This document shows, piece by piece, positions 26,754 through 36,007 of a stretch of DNA of 64,000 nucleotides. This stretch comes from Spirochaetales bacterium. Its GTDB lineage: Bacteria > Spirochaetota > Spirochaetia > JABEVK01. Each line of letters starts with the position of its first letter. Positions within the stretch are counted from its first letter, which is position 1. The stretch lies in assembly GCA_013044245.1 (NCBI GenBank), contig JABEVK010000004.1, forward strand, positions 1,842 to 65,841, given 5' to 3'. The notes under the pieces were generated by a model, which saw nothing but the letters and a program-made list of their open reading frames with translations, searched no databases and had not been told where the DNA came from. The translations under genes were made by a program, and so were the position numbers.

Positions 26754-27844
26754 GAGGATCCTTCCCAGGCTCCCATCGTGCGCAGGTCGCCTATCAATCG
26801 TTCTTTTTGTGGCATTCCGGGAAAATCCACCAAATGATGCCAGACTTTTAGGTCAGTCCAGCCGGCTTTCCAGGCTATTCTGTATGCGGCAATAGCATCG
26901 GCGTAGTCATCCATTCCATACAAATAGATGGTCCCAAGCTGGAACTCCCATTCTGCTTCATGGGGTGTCGGGGGCTTTTCAGGACTCGGAGCCGGAGAAG
27001 TAGTCGGATTCGGAGACGTATTCGGAGCCGGTACCTGCGATGGGGGAGGAGTAGGAAGCGGTGGTGGCGTTGGGCTAGCGGCTGGTGTCGGACTAGCTGT
27101 GGCTAGCGGCGTAGCCGCAGGGGTGTTTTTTTCAGCGAGAATGGCTTGCTTGAGTGCCCCCGCCGCGTTGTCAAATTGCTCAAGGTTTACATAAACCTCT
27201 GACAAGGCGGCGTAAGAAAGAGCATCAGAGGCATCAAGTTTAACAACCTGCTGATAAGCCTGCAACGCTCTCGTCCAATTGTGGCGTTTTACAGCCTCTT
27301 TGCCCAGTAATTTCCACGCCTTTGGTTTGGTACCGCCTAGGTCTGCATAGGTTTTAAGCGCTTGCCATTCGTCCTCAGACCAGCCTTCTTCCCGTGCGAC
27401 ATACGCAAAATTGTATTGTGTATCGGCGTCGGCGGGAAGTTCTTTGGCTAGGTTTTTCCAAAGTTCAGCTGACGCTTTTTTATGATGGAGTTCCCACAGA
27501 AGGTATGCTTTAATTTTTAGGTAAACGGTATTGTGAGGATCTTTGCTTAATAAGGGTTGAAGAAAGGTCCAGGCTCCTTCCCAGTCACCGGTCTCGGCCA
27601 CAGCCTCAACTAAGTTGACATGCGCAACGGTGAGACGGGGGGCAAGTTTCATGGCGATTTGAAAAGCTCGGGCCGAATCGGGGTACTTTTTCATCTCGTA
27701 GTAGGCTTTTCCCAGATTATAATATTCCTTGGCTAGTGAGCCACTTCCCCAGGAGGCGCAGGAAGCTAGAACAAAGCTCATGAAGATAAACAAGAAGAGA
27801 AAGGCCAGAAGCGGCATCCTCTTTACAGCAAACTTCAACAGCAA
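26750..27844 (-). CDS. TPR-repeat lipoprotein with a Pro/Thr/Ser/Ala-rich linker
   Basis: Lipobox (VLASC), multiple TPR-like helical repeats, and a low-complexity PTPAASPTPPPLPTPPPS segment. Confidence 0.6.
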   Translation of the reverse strand: MLLKFAVKRMPLLAFLFLFIFMSFVLASCASWGSGSLAKEYYNLGKAYYEMKKYPDSARAFQIAMKLAPRLTVAHVNLVEAVAETGDWEGAWTFLQPLLSKDPHNTVYLKIKAYLLWELHHKKASAELWKNLAKELPADADTQYNFAYVAREEGWSEDEWQALKTYADLGGTKPKAWKLLGKEAVKRHNWTRALQAYQQVVKLDASDALSYAALSEVYVNLEQFDNAAGALKQAILAEKNTPAATPLATASPTPAASPTPPPLPTPPPSQVPAPNTSPNPTTSPAPSPEKPPTPHEAEWEFQLGTIYLYGMDDYADAIAAYRIAWKAGWTDLKVWHHLVDFPGMPQKERLIGDLRTMGAWEGSS

Positions 27845-27946
27845 ATCCCCCTCATCACAGGTAGTTTATCGGGAAGCCCCAAAAAAAAGAAGAGTCAGGT
27901 TTGACAATCCTGGCACGACACGGCATATTTCGCCTCAGGAGTAAGC

Positions 27947-28447
27947 ATGAAAAAGACGTTGATTCTCGCGGTTTTGGCCGCGTTGTTAACCGGTAGTCTC
28001 TACGCCGCTGATGTTGTGACCCCAGGGGACGTGGCCGTAGGACCCATCTTTAGTCACGATGTGTTGGATGTAAGCGGGCCTCTCGGCGGTTGGGGCATCA
28101 CCGGCAAAATTGCTGGCCTACCTCCTATTTTTGGCTTTAACTTCGCAGTTGGTACGCAGGTGACCTTTGTTGGCCTTACAGCTGACTGGTGGTTGTATCA
28201 CCAGGTTTTTTACGAACCATTGAACTTCGGGTTGTATGTTGGACCAGGGTTTTTTGGTGATTTTACGTATTCGTCAAACCCTGCGTTTGACTTTGGCGTG
28301 CGAATTCCCTTTGATTTAGATATCTATCCCATCAAACCGCTGGAAGTGTTTGCCGAAATGGCGCCAGCTTTTGGTGTTTCTTTTACTGACCCCATAGCCC
28401 CTACGTGGCGTTTGCAGGCCGCCGCAGGTGCCCGCTTCTGGTTTTAA
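27947..28447 (+). CDS. putative small outer-membrane beta-barrel protein
   Basis: Signal peptide (ALLTGSLYAA), alternating hydrophobic dyads, Gly/aromatic-rich, C-terminal ARFWF ending in Phe. Size is 166 aa. Confidence 0.4.
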   Translation: MKKTLILAVLAALLTGSLYAADVVTPGDVAVGPIFSHDVLDVSGPLGGWGITGKIAGLPPIFGFNFAVGTQVTFVGLTADWWLYHQVFYEPLNFGLYVGPGFFGDFTYSSNPAFDFGVRIPFDLDIYPIKPLEVFAEMAPAFGVSFTDPIAPTWRLQAAAGARFWF

Positions 28448-28449
28448 AA

Positions 28450-28956
28450 ATGGAAAAACGCTTCGTTACGTACAGCGAGGTACATCAAGGCTGCCAGCTC
28501 ATCGCGACCAAGATCCAAGAGGATGGCTGGGAGCCTGATATCATTGTAGCGATTGCTTCTGGTGGGTTTATTCCGGCCAGGATTTTGAAGACCTACCTTA
28601 AGAAGGATATTTATGTGGTAGGTCTCAAACGATATGATGATGATGCCGCCGTTCACCCTGTTCCCGTGAAAATTCAATGGATCGACGAGGTGGAAAAGAA
28701 GCTTTCCGGAAGGCGAATCCTTTTAGTCGATGAAGTGGATGACACTAGGGTAACCCTATCGTATTGCTTAAGTGAACTTTTTAGGTATTCGCCTACCGAG
28801 ATTCGTGTAGCCGTACTGCATCAAAAGCGCAAAGAAAAGTTAGCAGACTTTCCTCCGCACGTGAAGGTGTACCAAGCAGAAGTTCTTGAAGATATATGGG
28901 TTAAGTACCCATGGGACGCCTTAGACGTTAGTAGGCATGAGCAAGGTTTGGATTAA
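28450..28956 (+). CDS. phosphoribosyltransferase (purine PRTase family, Gpt-like)
   Basis: PRPP-binding motif RRILLVDEVDDTRVTL and short type-I PRTase architecture. The ATG at 28450 directly follows the upstream stop. Confidence 0.6.
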   Translation: MEKRFVTYSEVHQGCQLIATKIQEDGWEPDIIVAIASGGFIPARILKTYLKKDIYVVGLKRYDDDAAVHPVPVKIQWIDEVEKKLSGRRILLVDEVDDTRVTLSYCLSELFRYSPTEIRVAVLHQKRKEKLADFPPHVKVYQAEVLEDIWVKYPWDALDVSRHEQGLD

Positions 28957-28976
28957 CATTTTTAAAAGTTTATTTT

Positions 28977-28992
28977 AGGCATGGTTATTGCA
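28977..28992 (+). promoter_or_regulatory. candidate sigma-54 (-24/-12) promoter upstream of PII-amt
   Basis: aGGCATG-gtta-TTGCA, compared with the TGGCACG-N4-TTGCA consensus, with GG/GC spaced correctly and lying 29 nt upstream of the PII ATG. Confidence 0.4.
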
Positions 28993-29020
28993 TGGCTTTC
29001 TATGGAGGTCATGCTCTGAC

Positions 29021-29362
29021 ATGAAATTAATCGTAGCCATCATCCAACCTTTTCGCCTAGAAGAGGTGAAAGAGGCACTCTACGCCGCTGATGTTCAACT
29101 TATAACCGTTTCGGAAGTTCTCGGTCACGGCCGCCAAGGGGGCGTAACCGAGGTGTACCGGGGCAATAAAGAAACAGGAAATCTCCTCAGAAAAATCCGC
29201 TTAGAAATTGCGGTCAATGATGAATATGTCGACAAGACGATTCGGGCGATTATTGACGGAGCAAAAACCGGCGAACTAGGCGACGGTAAAATCTTTGTCT
29301 ACCAACTTGAAGACTGCATCCGTATTCGAACCGAAGAACGCGGCCCCGCTGCTATCGGATAA
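29021..29362 (+). CDS. glnB: nitrogen regulatory protein P-II (GlnB/GlnK family)
   Basis: [20 protein letters not shown]...GHGRQGG...VYRG...KIRLEIAV...GDGKIFV are the PII motifs, including the T-loop Tyr. Confidence 0.85.
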   Translation: MKLIVAIIQPFRLEEVKEALYAADVQLITVSEVLGHGRQGGVTEVYRGNKETGNLLRKIRLEIAVNDEYVDKTIRAIIDGAKTGELGDGKIFVYQLEDCIRIRTEERGPAAIG

Positions 29363-29408
29363 GTTACAATTTGGTAACTATGTCATACATATTTGTCATT
29401 TCTGAGGA

Positions 29409-30686
29409 TTGATTATGATTAACAACGCCAATAACGCATGGGTGCTTTTAAGTGCAGCCCTGATTCTTTTTATGACAGTTCCCGCCTTGGGCTTATTTTA
29501 TGGGGGCTTGGTCAAACGTAAAAATGTACTGTCTGTTTTGATGCAAAGCTTCGCGAGTTTAATTGTGGTGAGTTTACTATGGGTGATTGTTGGCTATAGC
29601 TTGGCCTTTAGTCCCACAGAACTGATTCCTGGTGTCATCGGGGATTTTCGCTGGTTTTTCTTAAACGGCATCGCTCCCAATGACCCAAGTCCGTATACAG
29701 TTTCGGCTCCAAATGCCCCCGTCGCTCACCTGTCGTTTGTTCTGTTTCAATGTATGTTTGCCGTCATCACTCCCGCGGTAGTCTCGGGTGCGGTGGCCGA
29801 AAGGATGAAATTTTCGTCTTTTTTAGCTTTTTCGGTTATTTGGCTCTTCGTTGTCTATATTCCTTTGGCCCACATGGCTTGGTCGCGGAATGGCCTTTTT
29901 GCCAAGATGGGGTTAATGGATTACGCAGGCGGAACGGTGGTCGAAATCAACTCGGGCTTTAGTGCGTTGGCGGCTGCTCTTCTTTTGGGGCGACGTACAA
30001 AATTAAAACCGGTCCCTCCTCACAACCTCACCTTTACGTTGACGGGTGCAGCCATGCTCTGGTTTGGGTGGTTTGGATTTAATGCGGGTAGCGGCCTTGC
30101 CGCTGATGGTCTTGCCTCAAGTGCAGTTTTAATGACAAATACAGCGGCGGCGGCGGCGGCGTTGGTTTGGGCTGGTTTAGATTGGTTTTTGCAGAAGAAA
30201 CCGACAATTCTTGGCGCGGCTTCGGGTGCTGTCGCGGGGCTAGTTGTAATCACACCAGCGGCAGGTTTTGTTTCTCTTCCCGGAGCGTTGCTTTTAGGAT
30301 TTGCCGCTGGTGCAGTGTGTTATGTCTTTGTGGTAGTCATCAAGAATAAGCTCGGTTACGATGATTCTTTGGATGCCTTTGGTGTTCATGGCATAGCCGG
30401 TGTGCTGGGGACGGTCGGTACAGGGTTGTTCGCCGCTCCCTTTATTACCAGACCCTTTGGCATGAATAACGGCAATGGTTTTACGGGGCTCTTTTTTGGA
30501 AATCCCTCTGCCCTGGGGGTGCAAGTACTGGCAACCTTCACGGCGATGCTGTGGGCGTTTGCTGGTACCTTTGTGATTTTTTTGGTATTGAAAAAAACTA
30601 TGGGTTTAAGGGTCACGCCCAAAGAAGAAGCCATCGGTTTGGATATTACTCAACATAATGAACGCGCTTATACGGTAATCGAGTAA
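29409..30686 (+). CDS. amt: ammonium transporter
   Basis: A 425-aa, 11-TM Amt/MEP family protein with DFAGGTVVEINSG and FGFNAGS signatures. Confidence 0.9.
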   Translation: MIMINNANNAWVLLSAALILFMTVPALGLFYGGLVKRKNVLSVLMQSFASLIVVSLLWVIVGYSLAFSPTELIPGVIGDFRWFFLNGIAPNDPSPYTVSAPNAPVAHLSFVLFQCMFAVITPAVVSGAVAERMKFSSFLAFSVIWLFVVYIPLAHMAWSRNGLFAKMGLMDYAGGTVVEINSGFSALAAALLLGRRTKLKPVPPHNLTFTLTGAAMLWFGWFGFNAGSGLAADGLASSAVLMTNTAAAAAALVWAGLDWFLQKKPTILGAASGAVAGLVVITPAAGFVSLPGALLLGFAAGAVCYVFVVVIKNKLGYDDSLDAFGVHGIAGVLGTVGTGLFAAPFITRPFGMNNGNGFTGLFFGNPSALGVQVLATFTAMLWAFAGTFVIFLVLKKTMGLRVTPKEEAIGLDITQHNERAYTVIE

Positions 30687-30730
30687 GACTTCGCTGATTT
30701 CACACTAGGCCTTGACCCGGGACGGATCCT

Positions 30731-32302
30731 TTGCACAATGAAAGCATGCCCCCTAAGGAAGACCCCCGGGTAGAGGCCTTAACTTTGCCACCATTTTCTC
30801 TTTTAACGGCTGATCAGCGTCTCAAGTTGGCAAGTTTGTGCCATGCTGACCAGTGTCGGCCGGGGGATATCGTGGCATGGGAAGGTGAACCTCAAGCCGA
30901 GCTTATCCTGGTCGCTTCTGGACGACTTATAGCGGGCCCCGACCAAATGGTTAAGAGTTATCCCCAGGGCAGTCTTTTAGGGTCTTTACAACAGGCCCCT
31001 TGGGAACAAACCTTCAAGGCGGAGGTGCCGACTTTGGTCGTCAGACTTCCCCAGGAAAATTTTTTTACATGGTTAAAGTCATATCCCGTCTCTTCTTTGT
31101 TTCTGAAACAAATTCCTGGTTTATCTCCTGCCATGCTAACGCATTTGGCGCAACACAACTCGTCAAAAATGGCGCTACTTACCGACGATGAACACCCCTT
31201 GTTTGAGTTTAGAACGTCAGAGTGGGTGATCTTTGTTCGCCTTTTAGGGCCACTAGGAGGGCTCTTGGCCTGCTTAGGAGCTGGGTTGTGGAGTTTTTTT
31301 CAAGGGGGAAGTATAGCCTGGGAAGGAATCCTGGCCGCGGCAGTTCTTGTCTTTCTCTGGGGTCTAGTGATCCTGGTAGGTGGTCAGTTAAATCTTCTTT
31401 TGGTGACAAACCGGGCGTTAATTCTCAGAACGTTTGGTTTCTCTCCCTTGAGAATTCGTCATACTCGCATTTTGAGAGAGGAACTGAGATCTTTGAAGGT
31501 ATTACGTTCAGGCTGGGCATCGCGGCTATTTTCTGTCGTAACGGTTGAGCTGGCGACTGAGGGGAATGTTGAACGCTTTCAGCAGGTTCCTGCTAGCAGA
31601 GATCTGGACGAGTTTGTTGCCTATTGTCAACCAACGGTTTCTTCGGAGTTTGACGATCAGGATTTAAGAGAAATTCTCGAAGAGTCTGTCGGTGGGTTAG
31701 CGGTACCCCAACGACTTTTTTGGGCGGCGGAACAACAGGGCGAGCGTACCTATCGGCGTCATCCCGCATATCTGGTTGCGCGCTTAACCTCTGGGGTATT
31801 CTGGTTGTTGGTAATCACAGGTATGGGTTTTTTAGGGAGCCTTTTATGGCCCAGAGGTATGATTGTTCTTGTTTTGTTTTTAACCCCGATTGCCTGTATT
31901 CCTCTGGCGCAAATGGTAAGCCGTTTTTGGTCGTGGAAAGGTTCGTTTTTAAAATTTTCAGGTTCAAGAGTGATCTTTCGTCAACAAACACCCTGGCGGT
32001 GGCACGAAACCCTACAAGAGGCGCCGTTAAGTCAACTTCAAGAAGTTCGGGTCATACAAGCGACCTGGTGGGAAATGCTCATGGATATTGGTACGCTTAA
32101 CTTGTATTTTGGCGCTGAACAACCAGTGACGGCTCAAGGGTTTCCACACCCGGGACGCATTCAAGCCGAGTTGTTTCGTATGAAAGAAGAATTAGGGCGC
32201 CAAGCCCGACGTGCCGACCAAAAGCAACACTTTCAAGATATGGCGCGAATTTTGAAAGTGTGGAAGCAGTTCTCTCAAGGTTCTCTCGATGAGAAAAAAT
32301 GA
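30731..32302 (+). CDS. membrane protein with an N-terminal cyclic-nucleotide-binding-like domain and two YdbT/YdbS-type (bPH_2) membrane-flanked domains
   Basis: The N-terminus (DQRLKLASL...GDIVAWEGEPQAELILVASGRLIA) resembles a cNMP-binding fold. Two TM hairpins are each followed by a bPH-like beta segment. The first ATG is at 30746. Confidence 0.45.
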   Translation: MHNESMPPKEDPRVEALTLPPFSLLTADQRLKLASLCHADQCRPGDIVAWEGEPQAELILVASGRLIAGPDQMVKSYPQGSLLGSLQQAPWEQTFKAEVPTLVVRLPQENFFTWLKSYPVSSLFLKQIPGLSPAMLTHLAQHNSSKMALLTDDEHPLFEFRTSEWVIFVRLLGPLGGLLACLGAGLWSFFQGGSIAWEGILAAAVLVFLWGLVILVGGQLNLLLVTNRALILRTFGFSPLRIRHTRILREELRSLKVLRSGWASRLFSVVTVELATEGNVERFQQVPASRDLDEFVAYCQPTVSSEFDDQDLREILEESVGGLAVPQRLFWAAEQQGERTYRRHPAYLVARLTSGVFWLLVITGMGFLGSLLWPRGMIVLVLFLTPIACIPLAQMVSRFWSWKGSFLKFSGSRVIFRQQTPWRWHETLQEAPLSQLQEVRVIQATWWEMLMDIGTLNLYFGAEQPVTAQGFPHPGRIQAELFRMKEELGRQARRADQKQHFQDMARILKVWKQFSQGSLDEKK

Positions 32303-32314
32303 CAAGGGGAAAAA

Positions 32315-32650
32315 ATGAAACAGTTATTTGTCAGAAAAACGTGTCGTGAAAGTCAAAAGGCCGAGAGGTGGTTGAAAGAGCGAGGAATCCCGTATTCTCG
32401 CTGTGACATCGAGGTAAAATTTCCTTCTCCTGCTGAACTGGAAAGTCTCGCTCGTGGTGTTCAAGGTTGGGACAATCTTGTAGATAAAGATTGTTCTGCA
32501 TGGAAAAAAGAGGGAATGGCCTGGAGAGTTTTTGAGCCCGAGACAGAACTTGCTGAGTTTCCTCAGCTGTTAAAAACCCCGCTGTTGCGTGAGGGGAAAC
32601 GAGCAATAGCGGGATTTAATCCCGCTGTTTATGAAACGTTTTGCCAGTGA
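32315..32650 (+). CDS. ArsC/Spx-family protein (YffB-like)
   Basis: MKQLFVRKTCRESQKAERWLKERGIPY is the ArsC-family N-terminus with a redox Cys. Length is 111 aa. Confidence 0.65.
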   Translation: MKQLFVRKTCRESQKAERWLKERGIPYSRCDIEVKFPSPAELESLARGVQGWDNLVDKDCSAWKKEGMAWRVFEPETELAEFPQLLKTPLLREGKRAIAGFNPAVYETFCQ

Positions 32651-32658
32651 ATGCAATA

Positions 32659-33723
32659 TTAGACCACGCTGTAAAGTTCGACCGGGCCGTCTATGCCTTT
32701 TAAGCTGGCGGTACGACGGTAAATCTTAGATGCGTTAGTTTCTGTCCAGGCTTTAAGGCGAGCTTTTACCGGCGCATCGTTGAGAATGTCTCGACTGAAA
32801 CAAATCATGTGGTTATCTGCTACCCCTTGAATTCGGGCGGCTAAATTGACGGTATTGCCAAAATAATCGACGCGGTCATTCAAGTTGACAACAATAGCAG
32901 GGCCGACATGCACACCCATTTTAATTTCAAGTCCGCCGCCTAGCACCTCCCATTTTTCTTGTTGGAAGGCCTGAAACGCTTCTAAGGCGGCATTGATGGC
33001 ATCGACGGGTTTCAGAAAGCTGGCCATGACGGCATCACCAATCGTTTTGATCACGACACCACGTTGTTGCTCAATGGCTGAAAATAAGATTTTAAAGTGA
33101 TCACGTACAATCCGATACGAAGTGGCATCTCCATATTGAGAATACATCTGTGTCGAGCCTTTGATATCAGTGAACAATAACGTGATGCGACTAATTTCCA
33201 AACTTTCTTCTGTTGAGAGCACATCATCACCGAACAACTCATGGTACAGCGGGTTATTGATTATTTCGAGGCCAGACAAGAACTCTTGCGGCAAAGAGCT
33301 TTTTTGTTCTTTGAAATTTTTGACCATTGCGTCAAAGGCATGTTGTGAAAGCGTTTCGGGCAAGGGCAAAAGTCCCGGATGTACCGTAAACGTCACAGCA
33401 ACATTGGTATCGAGTGAATTGCGAAAGACTGCACTGCACAAAGGGCATTGTTCGCTAGACTTCAATTCTTTAAAGTTATGCTTGAAACCAGGCATTCCAC
33501 CGCAAACACGGCAGTAATAAGCCCAATTGAGCGTGAATTGGCCAGCCAGGACGGCACGCAGAAAGTAATCTATCAATGTCGCCACGTCAAGCTTCACTTG
33601 TCTAGACAACTCTTTCAAATTAATGCGAAACAACTGCTCTTCACTCGCCTTATTTAGCCAGTTCACTAAAGTAGGGGGGGCATCGAGCCCCTGGGTAAGT
33701 TTTGTCCAATTGAGATTTGCCAT
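32659..33723 (-). CDS. class III adenylate/guanylate cyclase with an N-terminal Cys-rich domain
   Basis: LLFTDIKGSTQM, VIKTIGDAVMASF and FGNTVNLAARI are the class III cyclase catalytic motifs. The N-terminal region carries CRVCGG...CPLC. Confidence 0.75.
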   Translation of the reverse strand: MANLNWTKLTQGLDAPPTLVNWLNKASEEQLFRINLKELSRQVKLDVATLIDYFLRAVLAGQFTLNWAYYCRVCGGMPGFKHNFKELKSSEQCPLCSAVFRNSLDTNVAVTFTVHPGLLPLPETLSQHAFDAMVKNFKEQKSSLPQEFLSGLEIINNPLYHELFGDDVLSTEESLEISRITLLFTDIKGSTQMYSQYGDATSYRIVRDHFKILFSAIEQQRGVVIKTIGDAVMASFLKPVDAINAALEAFQAFQQEKWEVLGGGLEIKMGVHVGPAIVVNLNDRVDYFGNTVNLAARIQGVADNHMICFSRDILNDAPVKARLKAWTETNASKIYRRTASLKGIDGPVELYSVV

Positions 33724-33815
33724 TCATTCCCCCATACCAAGGAATATAGCATTACTTTAGTCAGATTTCCACGCGGGACTTGGTGGGAATGCACAGAAGT
33801 GCTAGTCTTTTCTGT

Positions 33816-35078
33816 ATGGAACTCTCACTATTTGGTCAGCGCTTTACGCAAAAATCAGGCATTCTTGAGTTAATGGAAGATTTGGGGACAGCTCTGGATG
33901 CCCCCCGTGACATTGCCATGTTAGGAGGGGGCAACCCCGCTTCCATACCCGCTGTTAACCGAATTTGGAAAGAACGGCTGGAAGAGATACTCAAAGATGA
34001 TAATGAGCTCGAGGTTTTTCTTACACAATATGATGGTCCTCAGGGTAAACTCAGTTTTCTTCAAGGATTGGCGAATTTTTTTAAGACACGTTTTGGTTGG
34101 GACGTAGGACCAGAAAATATAGCAGTGACCAATGGTAGTCAAAATGCCTTTTTTTTGCTTTTCAACCTGTTTGCTGGTGAGTTCGCTTCGGGACGAAAAA
34201 AGTCTATCCTGTTTCCTTTGGCCCCTGAATATATCGGGTATGCCGATCAGGCGTTGGGACATGATAGTTTTAGATCCTGCCGACCTAAGATCGAAATTCT
34301 TTCCAACCCCTATTTTAAATACTTTGTTGACTTTGAACACTTGTCTTTAGGGGCAGAGACAGGGGCTATCTGTGTTAGTCGACCCACGAATCCGACGGGA
34401 AATGTTTTGACAAAAGAGGAAATCGATCGACTTTCGGATTTGTGTCAAAAGACCGCTATACCTCTGTTATTGGATAACGCCTATGGAACACCTTTTCCTG
34501 GTATCTTGTTTGAAGATATTGAACCCTTTTGGAATGAAACAACTGTTTTGGTCCTAAGCCTTAGTAAATTAGGCTTACCTGCTGCTCGTACAGGAATTGT
34601 CGTTGCTCGCCCTGAAATTGTTGCGGCGGTGACCTCGGCAAATGCTATCTTGAACCTAGCTAACTCGGGAATGGGGCAAACATTGCTCTTACCCTTGCTT
34701 AAACAAGGGGCCTTGTATCAGATCAGTCAAACTTTGATCCGGCCCTTTTATCAAAATCTTCGCGATTTTGCTCTCAATTGTATTGCTCAGATCTTTGCCG
34801 GGCGTTTTCCCTATCATATCCATCAACCTCAGGGTGCCTTGTTTCTATGGATTTGGTTTCCAGAGCTTCCCGTGTCGACCCGAGAACTCTACGAACTGCT
34901 CAAAGCTCGAGGCGTAATTATCGTACCTGGAGAATATTTCTTTTTTGGGATGCCGGCTGAGGATGAGCATTGGAAGCACCGTCAAGAATGTGTACGGCTG
35001 AATTATGCTCGGCCTGCTACAGAGCTCACAATGGGGTTGCAACGAATAGCCGAGGTGGTCGAACGGTGCTATCGGTAA
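33816..35078 (+). CDS. avtA: valine--pyruvate aminotransferase-like PLP enzyme
   Basis: The N-terminus MELSLFGQRFTQKSGILELMEDL...AMLGGGNPASIP closely parallels AvtA (MTFSLFGDKFT...MLGGGNPA). SKLGLPAARTG carries the PLP Lys. Confidence 0.7.
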   Translation: MELSLFGQRFTQKSGILELMEDLGTALDAPRDIAMLGGGNPASIPAVNRIWKERLEEILKDDNELEVFLTQYDGPQGKLSFLQGLANFFKTRFGWDVGPENIAVTNGSQNAFFLLFNLFAGEFASGRKKSILFPLAPEYIGYADQALGHDSFRSCRPKIEILSNPYFKYFVDFEHLSLGAETGAICVSRPTNPTGNVLTKEEIDRLSDLCQKTAIPLLLDNAYGTPFPGILFEDIEPFWNETTVLVLSLSKLGLPAARTGIVVARPEIVAAVTSANAILNLANSGMGQTLLLPLLKQGALYQISQTLIRPFYQNLRDFALNCIAQIFAGRFPYHIHQPQGALFLWIWFPELPVSTRELYELLKARGVIIVPGEYFFFGMPAEDEHWKHRQECVRLNYARPATELTMGLQRIAEVVERCYR

Positions 35079-35121
35079 ACTTTTTGTTGCCAACTGTGTG
35101 GCGTTGCGCCATACTGAGTCT

Positions 35122-35892
35122 ATGAAAAAGAGACTTTTTTTGGTGTTGTTTCTGGGTGTTGCTCCATTTTTGATGGCACAAAAAGCTCCCCTTGAAAATC
35201 TTCACTTTTTAACTGAAGAGTTCCCGCCCTATAATTATGTGGAAAACGGCCAATTAGTTGGCAGTTCTCCCGAGATTCTTGCGGCTTTATTCACCCAACT
35301 CAAAGCCCCTCAAACTCTTCAAGAGGTAAAAGTCTTACCATGGGCCAGGGCGTATTCACAGCTCGAAACAGATCCCTGGGCCTGTTTGTTTAGCACAACC
35401 AAAACCAAAGAACGAGAACCCCTGTTCCAATGGGTTGGTCCCATTTCTCTGGCCCGCAACGTAGTAATCACCCTGGCGTCAAAGCATTTGACCTTGGCTC
35501 CCGGTGTTTCGTTGGCGCAGTCAAATTGGACCTTTGGAGCCGTCCGGGACGACGCCGGAGAACAATTGCTCATTGCTCACCACGTCCCTATGGCACAAAT
35601 CAGCTTAACGACCAATGCCCTGCAAGCTCTGGAGATGCTCAATTCGGGGAGAATTGACGCTTTTGCTTATGACGAAAGTGTCATCGATTGGTTGGCTCGG
35701 TCCCGAGGATGGGAGACTTCTCGTTATCAGGTTGCCGAAGTCTTAGAAACTGGCTACCACTATTTTGCTTTTAATCTCAAAGTACCCGCTGAGGTGATTA
35801 AAGAATTTCAAACCGCCTTGGACCACTTTAAAACTACAGGGCAGTACCAACAGATTCTGACTAAGTTTGGAGTGGTCATGCCACACTCCTAA
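35122..35892 (+). CDS. family-3 solute-binding protein (amino-acid-type SBP), orphan
   Basis: Signal peptide and SBP_bac_3-like fold. No permease or ATPase gene is adjacent. Confidence 0.55.
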   Translation: MKKRLFLVLFLGVAPFLMAQKAPLENLHFLTEEFPPYNYVENGQLVGSSPEILAALFTQLKAPQTLQEVKVLPWARAYSQLETDPWACLFSTTKTKEREPLFQWVGPISLARNVVITLASKHLTLAPGVSLAQSNWTFGAVRDDAGEQLLIAHHVPMAQISLTTNALQALEMLNSGRIDAFAYDESVIDWLARSRGWETSRYQVAEVLETGYHYFAFNLKVPAEVIKEFQTALDHFKTTGQYQQILTKFGVVMPHS

Positions 35893-36007
35893 GGCAGAGA
35901 CCGGTCCTGGTGGATTTTTTAGAAAGAATAATAGAATTAAATTTCTCTTGAAGTTTTCAAGGGGTCGGTTTACCTTGAAAATAAACATGATTTAAGGCCG
36001 GTATAAC

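Noticed and set aside
26928-27194. Gly-rich 88-aa plus-strand ORF
   Set aside because: Reverse frame of the Pro-rich linker of the TPR lipoprotein (the GGN complement of CCN codons).
30150-30170. GCGGCGGCGGCGGCG simple repeat
   Set aside because: Encodes an Ala run (TAAAAAAL) in a TM helix of the ammonium transporter. It is a codon repeat, not a regulatory or CRISPR-like element.
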